Shown here one piece after another: positions 8,074-15,916 of a stretch of 24,000 nt of DNA. Positions within the stretch are counted from its first letter, which is position 1; every line of letters begins with the position of its first letter. The stretch is from the sequence record PQ868952.1, one strand, 5' to 3'. The stretch comes from Curtobacterium phage Sunfish. Made by a program: the position numbers and the translations under genes. A model generated the notes under the pieces. That model had not been told where the DNA came from. It did not search any database and saw only the letters and a program-made list of their open reading frames with translations.

Positions 8074-8546
8074 GCTTCCTCCGTGTGCAGTCCGTGCCGC
8101 CGGGCCGCGGCGTTGAAGTCGTCGAGCAGGCCGAGCTTCTCCGCGGCGTACTCGATCTGCGGCTGGCCATACGGCTCGTAGTCGAACGTCAAGTACGTCG
8201 CCTCCGTGACGTCGTCGGTCAGCAGCCAGAGGTACTCCTGGAACGCGTCGACCGACCGGCTCGCGCTGATGCCACGCTCGTCGGCGATCTTCTCCACGGC
8301 GAAGTCGAGGTAGTCACGCGCCGCGGAGTGCACCCCGTCGGGGCCGACCCACGGGTTCGGCCCGGTCGTGAGCTCCTCGGGAGTGATCCCGTCCTGGATG
8401 AAGCCGTTCAGGACCGCGGTCTCGGCGGTCAGTGCGTAGACCAGCACTTCGTGCCGCTTGCCGAACATGTCCTGCTCACGCTCGAGGGTGGCGATGTCGT
8501 TGATCCGGGCGAGGATCTCGTCCTGGGTGCGGGTGATGGTGGTCAT
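8070..8546 (-). CDS. Hypothetical protein
   Basis: 158 aa MTTITRTQDEILARINDIATLEREQDMFGKRHEVL...; overlaps both neighbours by 4 nt. Confidence 0.7.
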   Translation of the reverse strand: MTTITRTQDEILARINDIATLEREQDMFGKRHEVLVYALTAETAVLNGFIQDGITPEELTTGPNPWVGPDGVHSAARDYLDFAVEKIADERGISASRSVDAFQEYLWLLTDDVTEATYLTFDYEPYGQPQIEYAAEKLGLLDDFNAAARRHGLHTEEA

Positions 8547-8776
8547 GCGGTGGGTCCTTCCTCGGTGATGGCATTGTGGTGCCGGACGAGCATGTCCGCC
8601 GTGAGCAGCAGCTCGCTGGTCGGGATGCGGATGAGGTCGTGCTCGGTCCAGAGCTCGGTGGCCTCGTCGAGATCCCCACCCGAGACACGGGTCGTGAGGT
8701 ACGTGTTCGATTGGCCGGACGTGGTGCTGAACTTCCCCGACGGCGGGTCGGCGTGGAAGCCGGATGCGATGCTCAT
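8543..8776 (-). CDS. Hypothetical protein
   Basis: 77 aa MSIASGFHADPPSGKFSTTSGQSN... Confidence 0.65.
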   Translation of the reverse strand: MSIASGFHADPPSGKFSTTSGQSNTYLTTRVSGGDLDEATELWTEHDLIRIPTSELLLTADMLVRHHNAITEEGPTA

Positions 8777-8778
8777 GA

Positions 8779-9072
8779 TCAGTCCTTGAGTTCGAGTTCG
8801 GCTGGCCATTTCGGGTGAGTGGCGAGCTGTCCATGGGTGGGTACGAGGATCCACCGCGAGCGGTACTCGCGGCCGTCGATCGTCACGATGTCGGCCCGTG
8901 CCGGGGTCCAGCCTTCGGGCTCCGACTCCTCGGTGTGCCCGTTCGCCGCGAGCAGCGCCTCCTTCGTCAGGAACCGCTCGCTGGACATCGGGCCGCGGTG
9001 CCCGAGCACGCCGTACGGGATCTCGCACCACTCGGTGCGGCGCCCGATGGTGGTGGTGTCGATGGTGGTCAT
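8779..9072 (-). CDS. Hypothetical protein
   Basis: 97 aa MTTIDTTTIGRRTEWCEIPYGVLGHRG...; RBS AAGGAGTCCTGACCC. Confidence 0.7.
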   Translation of the reverse strand: MTTIDTTTIGRRTEWCEIPYGVLGHRGPMSSERFLTKEALLAANGHTEESEPEGWTPARADIVTIDGREYRSRWILVPTHGQLATHPKWPAELELKD

Positions 9073-9075
9073 GGG

Positions 9076-9339
9076 TCAGGACTCCTTGATCGGGAGGAAC
9101 AGCGGGGCTTCGGAGATCCACCACTCGTCGTCGTCCCGGAGCTCGCGCTGCGAGTGGAAGGTGCCGATGTGCCACTCCTCGATGTACATGCGGATGGGGT
9201 GCCCGGGCGTGGTCTCGTCGAGCATGAGCCGGTGCTCGGCCGCGAGCGCCTTCGCCTCGTCGAGCACCGGGGATGCGCCGACGGTCTCGGTCTGCATCAC
9301 GGCCGGGTCATAGCCGGTCACGACGTAGGTCGGGGTCAT
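9076..9339 (-). CDS. Hypothetical protein
   Basis: 87 aa MTPTYVVTGYDPAVMQTETVG...LPIKES. Confidence 0.7.
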   Translation of the reverse strand: MTPTYVVTGYDPAVMQTETVGASPVLDEAKALAAEHRLMLDETTPGHPIRMYIEEWHIGTFHSQRELRDDDEWWISEAPLFLPIKES

Positions 9340-9563
9340 GCCGGCGTGATCGTGTAGTCGGAGCCGTCGGCCAGCTCGAGCGTGAACGCGCTGGTCGTGC
9401 GTCCGGAGATGGTCGGGGGGATCTCGAACTCGTCGAACTCGATGGCCGTGAAGCCGGGCCCGACATCGCCGAGGCCGGCGTGGTCGTAGTGCTCGACCTT
9501 GCTCACCTTCACGGTGAGGGTGATCTCGACGGTGTCGCCGGGCTGGATCTCGTGGGCTTGCAT
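9336..9563 (-). CDS. Hypothetical protein
   Basis: 75 aa MQAHEIQPGDTVEITLTVKVSKVEHYDH... Confidence 0.7.
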   Translation of the reverse strand: MQAHEIQPGDTVEITLTVKVSKVEHYDHAGLGDVGPGFTAIEFDEFEIPPTISGRTTSAFTLELADGSDYTITPA

Positions 9564-9575
9564 GGTGATCTCCGA

Positions 9576-9845
9576 TCAGAAGGGCGAGGTCGGGGCGGGC
9601 TGCTTGGTGGTCTGGTCGAGGTAGTCGGCGTGCTCGATGATCGCGGCGCCGATCTCGCGCAGCGCCTCGATGGGCACGCTCAGCTCGTGCTCCTCGTCCC
9701 CGTTGAACCGGATCGTCGTGCGGCCGACGGGCACGTAGTCGCTGCGGTCGGTGAACAGGGCGAGGACGTCACCGTCGTCGGTCTCGAGGATCGTCTTCGA
9801 GTTGTCGCTGATGGGGCGCTGCTGGATGTTGGACGTGAGTCGCAT
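9576..9845 (-). CDS. Hypothetical protein
   Basis: 89 aa MRLTSNIQQRPISDNSKTILETDDGDVLALF... Confidence 0.7.
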   Translation of the reverse strand: MRLTSNIQQRPISDNSKTILETDDGDVLALFTDRSDYVPVGRTTIRFNGDEEHELSVPIEALREIGAAIIEHADYLDQTTKQPAPTSPF

Positions 9846-9857
9846 GGTGATCTCCGA

Positions 9858-10463
9858 TCAGTCGGTGGCGGGCTGCCAGTTGAGGCGAGCGGACTCGTGG
9901 CCGCGCTCGCGGGTGAAGCGGCGGAGGACCTCGACGCCGTACGTGGCGCGATCGAGCACGTACGCCTCGCCGGTCGCCTTGCCGCCGAAAGTGGCCAGCG
10001 CGCCCGACCACACCGGGACGCCAAGACCGCCGCGATCGCGGCTGGTCAGCCAGGACCGGGCCTGCACGGGCGGGGCGTCGAGCTCTTCTTCCTCATCCCA
10101 GGTGATGACGACGCCGAGCTCATCCATGAGGCGCTGCGCGTCGATGTCGTCCAACACGTCCTGACCGATGAGCGCGAGGTTGCCGTCGATCGAGAGGGCG
10201 ATGCCGGCGCTGTCACTGAGAACGTAGCTGAAGGCCACGCCCGCGTCCGCCGCATCCTGCTGGTACTCCCGGAGGAACGTCGACACCTCGGTCACGTCCA
10301 GGCCGAGCGGGTCCATCGAGGAACCGCTCTCGAGGCGGCCGCGATTGACGGTAGCCAGCGCGCCGGTGTCGAACTCGAGCGACTGGAAGTGGTGCGAGTA
10401 GTCCCGGGTGGCGTGCGGCCAGACCTTCCGGAAGGTCAGGTTCTTCGCGAGCGTGATGGTCAT
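9858..10463 (-). CDS. Hypothetical protein
   Basis: 201 aa MTITLAKNLTFRKVWPHATRDYSHHFQSLEF... Confidence 0.75.
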   Translation of the reverse strand: MTITLAKNLTFRKVWPHATRDYSHHFQSLEFDTGALATVNRGRLESGSSMDPLGLDVTEVSTFLREYQQDAADAGVAFSYVLSDSAGIALSIDGNLALIGQDVLDDIDAQRLMDELGVVITWDEEEELDAPPVQARSWLTSRDRGGLGVPVWSGALATFGGKATGEAYVLDRATYGVEVLRRFTRERGHESARLNWQPATD

Positions 10464-10475
10464 GGTGGTCTCCGA

Positions 10476-10685
10476 TCAGGTGATGATGCCGGCAGTGGTG
10501 AGCCCGACGAGGATGCCGCCCGCGATTGCGAATCCGACGAGCCCGCCGATGAAGCCCCCGACGACGAACGTCGTCGGGTTGTACCGCTCGTCGAGGATGA
10601 AGCCGACAGCCGCGCACACAACGACGACGCCGAGGATCAAGAGGATGACGCCCGTGAAGGTGGCGCCAGCGACGAGCGCCTCCAT
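10476..10685 (-). CDS. Small membrane protein, two predicted TM segments
   Basis: 69 aa MEALVAGATFTGVILLILGVVVVCAAVGFILDERYNPTTFVVGGFIGGLVGFAIAGGILVGLTTAGIIT; TGATG overlap with upstream gene. Confidence 0.7.
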   Translation of the reverse strand: MEALVAGATFTGVILLILGVVVVCAAVGFILDERYNPTTFVVGGFIGGLVGFAIAGGILVGLTTAGIIT

Positions 10686-10906
10686 CACGCGACCGTCACG
10701 ATCTCGATGCGCTCCGCGCGGGCTGCGCGGCCTTCGCTTCGCTGCGACCACGCCTCGACGGCGACCAGGTGCTTCTCGTAGACGATCGCCGCGAGCACCC
10801 GGATCAGCAGGAGCAGCCCGCGACCCAGCGTGGTGAGCATCATGATCACGGCCAGCACGAGGATGGCGAGCAGGGACAGGATGAGCTTCGGCAAGGTGAC
10901 CTTCAA
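10685..10906 (-). CDS. Small membrane-anchored protein
   Basis: 73 aa, possible TTG start, MKVTLPKLILSLLAILVLAVIMMLTTLGRGLLLLIRVLAAIVY... Confidence 0.6.
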   Translation of the reverse strand: MKVTLPKLILSLLAILVLAVIMMLTTLGRGLLLLIRVLAAIVYEKHLVAVEAWSQRSEGRAARAERIEIVTVA

Positions 10907-11268
10907 TCCTCGAGGGGCGCCCGCAGCGAAGCGAAGGGTGACCTGCCTCGACGTGGGCGATGAGTTCTGTGAGTGGTGCCGACAGCCTGCGCGGCTGCGG
11001 TCTCGGAGTGGTTGCGGGTGGAGCGCTGCGCGCCGTACCTACTGCCCCCCGTTGCCCCCCGTGGAGGGCGAGGCGGTGTGAAGTTGTGGCCATGCGCGCT
11101 TGCGGGCACGGCTCTGCGATGCCCCTCTGACGGGCGAGATGACGACCCCGGGTGAGGGGAATCGGTCGTCGGCGGTGCAGCGAGCGTCGCTGATCGTGCA
11201 TCGCAGGGTGGCCCTGCTGCCGATCCAGTGGCTACACTGATCTCGGCGCCTCAACAACGTCACCGTAA

Positions 11269-11305
11269 CCCCCCGGATCGAGCAGCGCAAGCGCTCTCCG
11301 GGGGG
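11269..11305. terminator. Strong hairpin, candidate terminator
   Basis: CCCCCCGG ... CCGGGGGG with nested AGCGC-AA-GCGCT; lies in a 468-bp ORF-poor gap; no U-tract. Confidence 0.6.
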
Positions 11306-11365
11306 TTCGGCTTTGCGTAGTGGTCACGCTCGGTGCGGACCACAACATGTGGGGCAGACAGGATC

Positions 11366-11380
11366 GTCTAGCCGCTAGAC
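11366..11380. repeat. Palindrome GTCTAGCCGCTAGAC, copy 2
   Basis: Contains the TAG stop of CDS 11375-11635. Confidence 0.95.
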
Positions 11381-11635
11381 GAGTTCCTTCGGGTGCGGTC
11401 TGGTCTGCACGAACAGGATGCGGGACTCGACGCGGAGCGTGGTGCTGGCGCTCCATGGCACGAGCCGCGACCGATCCTCCCAGCGCTCGATGCCGAGCGG
11501 GTTCATGTGGCGCTCGACCATGAGGCGGGTGAAGATCGGTGCGCCGAGCAGGTCAGCCAGGTGCTGCGCCTCCTGCCGCTGCAGATCGCGCAGCGCTTCG
11601 GTGATCGCGCCGCCGATGATGCCGTCCGGATCCAC
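11375..11635 (-). CDS. Hypothetical protein
   Basis: 86 aa MDPDGIIGGAITEALRDLQRQEAQHLADLLG...RPHPKELV, stop in palindrome. Confidence 0.65.
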   Translation of the reverse strand: MDPDGIIGGAITEALRDLQRQEAQHLADLLGAPIFTRLMVERHMNPLGIERWEDRSRLVPWSASTTLRVESRILFVQTRPHPKELV

Positions 11636-11636
11636 G

Positions 11637-12170
11637 TCACGCCTCCTTGTCGACCGCGGCGTGGTAGTCGCGCGCCGCCTGCACAGCCTGGCCCCAGGTG
11701 AGGCCGCCGTCCTGCTGCTCCTGCGCCATGGCGAGGATGCTCTGCGCGCGGGGCGCGAAGTGCTCCTCGAGCTGCAAGTCGCGGATCAGGTACTCGATGC
11801 CGCCGCCGATGTTCGCGTCCTCGCCGAGGTCTTCGGCCGTGAGGCCCAGCTCCGCGAGGACGAAGCCGACGATGCACATCGGCGCACCGACCTCGGTCTT
11901 CGCGAGCTTCGCGTCGCGTTCGGTGGCGAAGTAGTGACAGGACGCGCTCTCGCGGACGTCGCGCTGCTGTTCCTCGTCGATGTCCTGCAGGGTGTAGGCG
12001 TCGTAGTCCGCCTTCGTGATGGGCTCGCCGTAGAACGGTTCGGGCTTGGTGCCCGTCTGGCGGCCGGGCTTCTTCGGGTAGCGGTGCTTCTCGCCACGCT
12101 CGGCGACCGCCTGGTCGAGCAGGTCGAACGCGTCGTCAGCGGTGATGTAGGTCTCGCGGCTGGGCAGCAT
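11637..12170 (-). CDS. Hypothetical protein
   Basis: 177 aa MLPSRETYITADDAFDLLDQAVAERG...; RBS GAGGAGTAGCC. Confidence 0.75.
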   Translation of the reverse strand: MLPSRETYITADDAFDLLDQAVAERGEKHRYPKKPGRQTGTKPEPFYGEPITKADYDAYTLQDIDEEQQRDVRESASCHYFATERDAKLAKTEVGAPMCIVGFVLAELGLTAEDLGEDANIGGGIEYLIRDLQLEEHFAPRAQSILAMAQEQQDGGLTWGQAVQAARDYHAAVDKEA

Positions 12171-12172
12171 GG

Positions 12173-12496
12173 CTACTCCTCGATGGGCAGGTTGGCCTCG
12201 ACGGACACGGCGTCGATCAGCTCGATCGGGAAGAAGACCGACACCCCGTTGCGCTCGTGGCCGATCGTGCCGCTCGCGAGTGCCGAGGTCGAGCTGAGCG
12301 AGACCAGCGTGCCGGCGCCAATCGCCTGCACGAGCGTGACCACATCCTCGGCGGCGACTGCGTTGGTGAGGTGGATGTTGACGTCGCTCGGATCGCCACG
12401 CCATGAGCGGACCTCGACGGACTGCGTCTCGCTGGGCAGGTGGATGGTGGAGTTCAGGAATAGCGCGGTGGCTGCGAGCTCGGTGAGGTTGGGCAT
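12173..12496 (-). CDS. Hypothetical protein
   Basis: 107 aa MPNLTELAATALFLNSTIHLPSETQSVEVRSW...; RBS AGGAGATCCAC. Confidence 0.75.
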   Translation of the reverse strand: MPNLTELAATALFLNSTIHLPSETQSVEVRSWRGDPSDVNIHLTNAVAAEDVVTLVQAIGAGTLVSLSSTSALASGTIGHERNGVSVFFPIELIDAVSVEANLPIEE

Positions 12497-12578
12497 GTGG
12501 ATCTCCTGTCCGATCAGGGGTTCTTGGTCCTGTACGCTGAGCACGTCCCCTCGGGGGCGGCTCTCATTCCGGCGAGCC

Positions 12579-12606
12579 GGGGCCGGTCTCACTCGAGGCC
12601 GGCCCC
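12579..12606 (-). terminator. Candidate stem-loop terminator overlapping the end of CDS 12589-13200
   Basis: GGGGCCGG ... CCGGCCCC perfect 8-bp stem, 12-nt loop. Confidence 0.4.
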
Positions 12607-13200
12607 TTCCCGTCGGATCTGACGCTCGCGATCGAGCGCCTTCGTGGTGAACTCGCTGAGCGCAGCGGTGATGCTGATGCCCTCGCTGTCCGCCCGGGCT
12701 GCCGTGCGCGCCCACTCCGCGTCGTCGGCGTACACCGCCAGCCGCACCGGCGAGTACGGATCGAGCACGCTGGGCCGCGGCGACCCCTCGCCGTACTCGC
12801 CGAGCACCCGCGCCGCCGCCTTCGCCCGGCCGCCGTGCTTCGGCAGACCGAGCAGCACGGCCAGCGCGTCGAGCTCGGCGGCGGTCTGGTCGGGGATCGT
12901 CAGGTCGTGGCGGCCCTTCGGCATGCGGTGCTCCTTGGTGGTGAGGGTGTCGGACCAGCGGACGTACACATCGCCGCGGAACGTGCCGGTGTCGTCGTCG
13001 GTGTACCCGTTGCGCAGCTGCGCCTCGAGCTCGCCGTCCGCGTGGTGCAGGAGCGGGTCTCGCTTCTGCCGAATGTCCCGCACCAGCGTGGCGGGCGAGT
13101 CGTGGAACGCGGTGATCCACCGGCCGCCGGCCGAGCGCGCGTCCCGGACCAGGTCGGCCCAGTAGACGTAGCGCCCGGACGGCGAGCGGTAGCCGCTCAC
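12589..13200 (-). CDS. Hypothetical protein
   Basis: 203 aa from GTG (MSGYRSPSGRYVYWADLVRDARSAGGRW...MPKGRHDLTIPDQTAAELDALAVLLGLPKHGG...); GTG starts 1 nt upstream of previous TGA. Confidence 0.7.
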   Translation of the reverse strand: MSGYRSPSGRYVYWADLVRDARSAGGRWITAFHDSPATLVRDIRQKRDPLLHHADGELEAQLRNGYTDDDTGTFRGDVYVRWSDTLTTKEHRMPKGRHDLTIPDQTAAELDALAVLLGLPKHGGRAKAAARVLGEYGEGSPRPSVLDPYSPVRLAVYADDAEWARTAARADSEGISITAALSEFTTKALDRERQIRREGAGLE

Positions 13201-13667
13201 GTGAGGTACGTGTCGATGCCGGTGGCGACGCGGCCGACCTGCGGGAACGGCTGCTGCTCGAGCCAGCCGCGCCACTGTCGAAGCACGGCGAGCGGCACGA
13301 CGACGACACTTGTTGGGGCGACGCCGATCGGCACCTGCAGCTCATGGCCATTGCTGACCTTGACGCCGGCATTGTAGACAGCGGATGCCTGACCTGGCTC
13401 GTCCGCGTCACGGTCGTTCCACAGCTCCTCGACTTGGACTTGGCACCCGAGCACGACGCTGATCCGCGCCGCTGCTTTCTCGATGCCGCCGACAGACCAG
13501 CGGGACTCGATCGTGACGACCCACTCCCTCGTGATCTGGTCTGCGTCGAACACTGGACGGATCTCGTAGTCGTCGGGCATCTCCGCGAAGTCGAGGAGGA
13601 TCGACTCGATGGTGCCCTCGAGGTCGGTGGTGCTGCGGTCGATGGTGAGGACCGTCGTCTGGCTCAC
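13197..13667 (-). CDS. Hypothetical protein
   Basis: 156 aa from GTG (MSQTTVLTIDRSTTDLEGTIESILLDFAEMPDD...). Confidence 0.7.
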   Translation of the reverse strand: MSQTTVLTIDRSTTDLEGTIESILLDFAEMPDDYEIRPVFDADQITREWVVTIESRWSVGGIEKAAARISVVLGCQVQVEELWNDRDADEPGQASAVYNAGVKVSNGHELQVPIGVAPTSVVVVPLAVLRQWRGWLEQQPFPQVGRVATGIDTYLT

Positions 13668-14131
13668 GCTTCGCCCGCCTTGACCTCGTCGTACAGCTGG
13701 CCGGTGACGTCCTCGACGACGACCTCGAACGGCAGGCGGGCGAGCGGGTACATGTACTGCTCGCCGAACTCGACGCCGTCCGGCAGGTCGTAGTCCATGT
13801 CGTCGTAGTAGGCGCCGGTGATGATGATCTGCTCGATGGTGGTTGCGCCGAGGATGGTGGTGATCCACGACAGGGCGAAGACCAACTCGTGCTCGCCGAC
13901 ATCCTCGTACTCGTAACCGAAGACGCGGAACCGATCGAGGCTCGGGTCGCCGAACCACAGGGCGTTCGCCTCGGTCGAGGTCGTCGGCAGCTGCTCGAGC
14001 AGTCGGCGAAGCACGTACTCACTGACGAACGTGTCGCCGTGGATGTTCGTGACGATGAGCCGCTCGTCCTCGGGGAAGGTCTGGGCCTCGACGCCGTACG
14101 GCGTGGTGATCTGGACGCGCATCTGCGTCAT
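13664..14131 (-). CDS. Hypothetical protein, first gene of the leftward unit
   Basis: 155 aa MTQMRVQITTPYGVEAQTFPEDERLIVTNIHG...; strong SD CAGGAGGCACACC. Confidence 0.8.
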   Translation of the reverse strand: MTQMRVQITTPYGVEAQTFPEDERLIVTNIHGDTFVSEYVLRRLLEQLPTTSTEANALWFGDPSLDRFRVFGYEYEDVGEHELVFALSWITTILGATTIEQIIITGAYYDDMDYDLPDGVEFGEQYMYPLARLPFEVVVEDVTGQLYDEVKAGEA

Positions 14132-14150
14132 GGTGTGCCTCCTGGGAAAG

Positions 14151-14169
14151 TGTGGCAATCTATGCCACA
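14151..14169. promoter_or_regulatory. Putative operator/promoter: TGTGGCA-atcta-TGCCACA over a candidate -10 (TAGATT, minus)
   Basis: Perfect 7-5-7 inverted repeat about 20 nt upstream of the 14131 start. Confidence 0.55.
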
Positions 14170-14192
14170 GGTTACACGATGGAATGGGGAAG

Positions 14193-14219
14193 TCCACAGG
14201 CTGTGGATCAGGCTGTGGA
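14193..14219. repeat. TCCACAG-G-CTGTGGA palindrome plus a second GGCTGTGGA direct copy
   Basis: tccacaggctgtggatcaggctgtgga; resembles weak DnaA-box-like cores (TGTGGA). Confidence 0.55.
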
Positions 14220-14227
14220 AAGAATGC

Positions 14228-14242
14228 GTCTAGCCGCTAGAC
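14228..14242. repeat. Palindrome GTCTAGCCGCTAGAC, copy 3
   Basis: Exact copy in the intergenic control region. Confidence 0.95.
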
Positions 14243-14270
14243 GGCAACGGCTAGGCTGGTGCACAAGAAA

Positions 14271-14298
14271 GGCCCCGGGTGTTGGAGCACCAGGGGCC
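14271..14298 (-). terminator. Intrinsic terminator for minus-strand transcription
   Basis: Minus strand GGCCCC-TGGTGCTCCAACACCC-GGGGCC followed by TTTCTTGT. Confidence 0.75.
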
Positions 14299-14323
14299 GA
14301 TGAATCGACTGTGAGGAGTCGAC

Positions 14324-14734
14324 ATGACCAATCCTACTGGCGTGATCGACGGGCGCTCAAAGCACCCGCTTCGGGAAACCTGGCGCGCCATGCTCTCCCG
14401 CTGCGAGCGTCGCTCCGACCCGAGTTACTCGAGCTACGGCGGCAGCGGTGTCGCCGTGTGCGAGAGGTGGCACGACTTCTGGTTGTTCGTGGACGACATG
14501 GGTGAGCGCCCTCTGGGCATGACGCTTGACCGCGTCGACCCCTTCGGTGACTACTCCCCGGAGAACTGTCGATGGGCCACCGCCGGACAGCAGGCCCGCA
14601 ACACTCGAGCAAGCCTGATCCTGGATCGAGACTCGCGGATCGTGCGGCTCCCGGGCAACGTGATCCTGTTCGATCAGCCACCCGTGATGGCCGACGTTCT
14701 CCGTGGGCAGTGCACTCCGAAGTGGTGGGGATAG
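14324..14734 (+). CDS. HNH/AP2-like homing endonuclease family protein
   Basis: 136 aa; TWRAMLSRCERRSDPSYSSYGGSGVAVCERWHDFWLFVDDMGERPLGMTLDRVDPFGDYSPENCRWATAGQQARNTR; SD GAGGAGTCGAC. Confidence 0.85.
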   Translation: MTNPTGVIDGRSKHPLRETWRAMLSRCERRSDPSYSSYGGSGVAVCERWHDFWLFVDDMGERPLGMTLDRVDPFGDYSPENCRWATAGQQARNTRASLILDRDSRIVRLPGNVILFDQPPVMADVLRGQCTPKWWG

Positions 14735-14758
14735 CGCGCCACACCAAGTGGCCTTCGA

Positions 14759-15202
14759 CTACCCGTTCGAGACCGGGCGCATGGCCTTGTCGTACTCCTC
14801 GCGCGGCACCACGGTGAACGACGCCGAGGTCGGCATGTCCTCGAGCCAGAACTCGAGACCCACCCCCGGCGCTTCCACGCGGTCGAGCACGGCTAGGTCA
14901 GTGTCCGGCTGCCAGTGGTCGAGGTCGACCTCGTCGAGCTCACCCCAGCCGGGGCGCTGCAGGGTGGTGACGAACCCGGTCAGCGCCTCGTACCACTCGT
15001 ACTTCGCGACGAGCTTCGCCGCGTGGTGCCAGCGCACGATCGAGAACAGCAGCTCTTCGGCTGCGTCACCGTCGATCGCGTAGTGCACCAGGTCGTCGCC
15101 GTCCACGGTGAACCGCGCCGCCTCCACGTACGTGTCGACCATGCGGTTGCCGTGGACCCGGAGCGTGACGAAGTCCAGGATCTCGAGGTCGGTGCGGCTC
15201 AT
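14759..15202 (-). CDS. Hypothetical protein
   Basis: 147 aa MSRTDLEILDFVTLRVHGNRMVDTYVEAARF... Confidence 0.75.
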   Translation of the reverse strand: MSRTDLEILDFVTLRVHGNRMVDTYVEAARFTVDGDDLVHYAIDGDAAEELLFSIVRWHHAAKLVAKYEWYEALTGFVTTLQRPGWGELDEVDLDHWQPDTDLAVLDRVEAPGVGLEFWLEDMPTSASFTVVPREEYDKAMRPVSNG

Positions 15203-15501
15203 GCTTCCTCCGTGTGGTACTCCTCGGCGCGGGCCTGCGCCTTGGCGTCGACCTCGTAGCCGGCCTCGATCCGAGCGGCGTCGACACGCGTGATGCCGCG
15301 GCCGTCGTCGATGACCGCGTCGAGCGTGACCTCGTCGACGAGCGGGCCGTTGTACCCCATCGCGTCGGGCCCGTCGGCGGTGTACGCGTCGAGGAGCTGG
15401 TGCTGCAGGTACGAGGACATCTCGGCGAGCGCGGTGCCGGCGTAGCCCTCGGGGTACGGGACCGTCTGGTCCCAGTCGAAGCGGATGGTGATGCTGGGCA
15501 T
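15199..15501 (-). CDS. Hypothetical protein
   Basis: 100 aa MPSITIRFDWDQTVPYPEGYAGTALAEM...; SD GAGGAGGC directly abuts palindrome copy 4. Confidence 0.75.
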   Translation of the reverse strand: MPSITIRFDWDQTVPYPEGYAGTALAEMSSYLQHQLLDAYTADGPDAMGYNGPLVDEVTLDAVIDDGRGITRVDAARIEAGYEVDAKAQARAEEYHTEEA

Positions 15502-15512
15502 GATGCCTCCTC

Positions 15513-15527
15513 GTCTAGCGGCTAGAC
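15513..15527. repeat. Palindrome GTCTAGCGGCTAGAC, copy 4
   Basis: Contains TAG stop of CDS 15522-15914. Confidence 0.95.
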
Positions 15528-15914
15528 GCCGCGGATTGCACGGGCTCGGAACTCCTCGTCGAGCAGCTGCTGGTACGCGACCAGCTCGTTCATCTCGAAG
15601 ATCGACGGGGCGTACTCACCCCAGATGCGGCGCGCTTCCTCCCATGCCTCGGCATCGTCGAGCCAGCCGAGCTCGCTGAACGTGTACGCGTCGCCCGCCC
15701 AGTCAGCGCGCTCGCTGCTGTCCTCCTTGGTCTTCACCATGAACGAGACGATGACGGGCATCGCGGCCTCGACACCGCCGTGCGAAGCGAAGACGCGAGC
15801 GAGCAGGTCCGTCTCACGTGGGGTGAGGTGGCCGGTGATGGCGTCGAGCACCTCGGCGTCCCAGCCCTCGACGAGGGCGGCAACCTGGTTGACCATGCCG
15901 GGTTCGAGTTCCAT
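15522..15914 (-). CDS. Hypothetical protein
   Basis: 130 aa MELEPGMVNQVAALVEGWDAEVLDAITGHL... Confidence 0.7.
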   Translation of the reverse strand: MELEPGMVNQVAALVEGWDAEVLDAITGHLTPRETDLLARVFASHGGVEAAMPVIVSFMVKTKEDSSERADWAGDAYTFSELGWLDDAEAWEEARRIWGEYAPSIFEMNELVAYQQLLDEEFRARAIRGV

Positions 15915-15916
15915 GT

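Noticed and set aside
9273-10781. 502-aa plus-strand ORF
   Set aside because: Arg/Gly/Val/Asp-rich shadow frame antisense to a chain of small, RBS-preceded, overlapping minus-strand genes; typical high-GC artefact.
10476-11201. 241-aa minus ORF as a single gene
   Set aside because: Only the last 69 aa form a plausible membrane protein with TGATG coupling; the upstream part overlaps another better-supported gene in a different frame.
12173-13411. 412-aa minus ORF
   Set aside because: The N-terminal about 300 aa is Arg/Ala/Gly shadow sequence over CDS 12589-13200; the real gene starts at 12496 behind an RBS.
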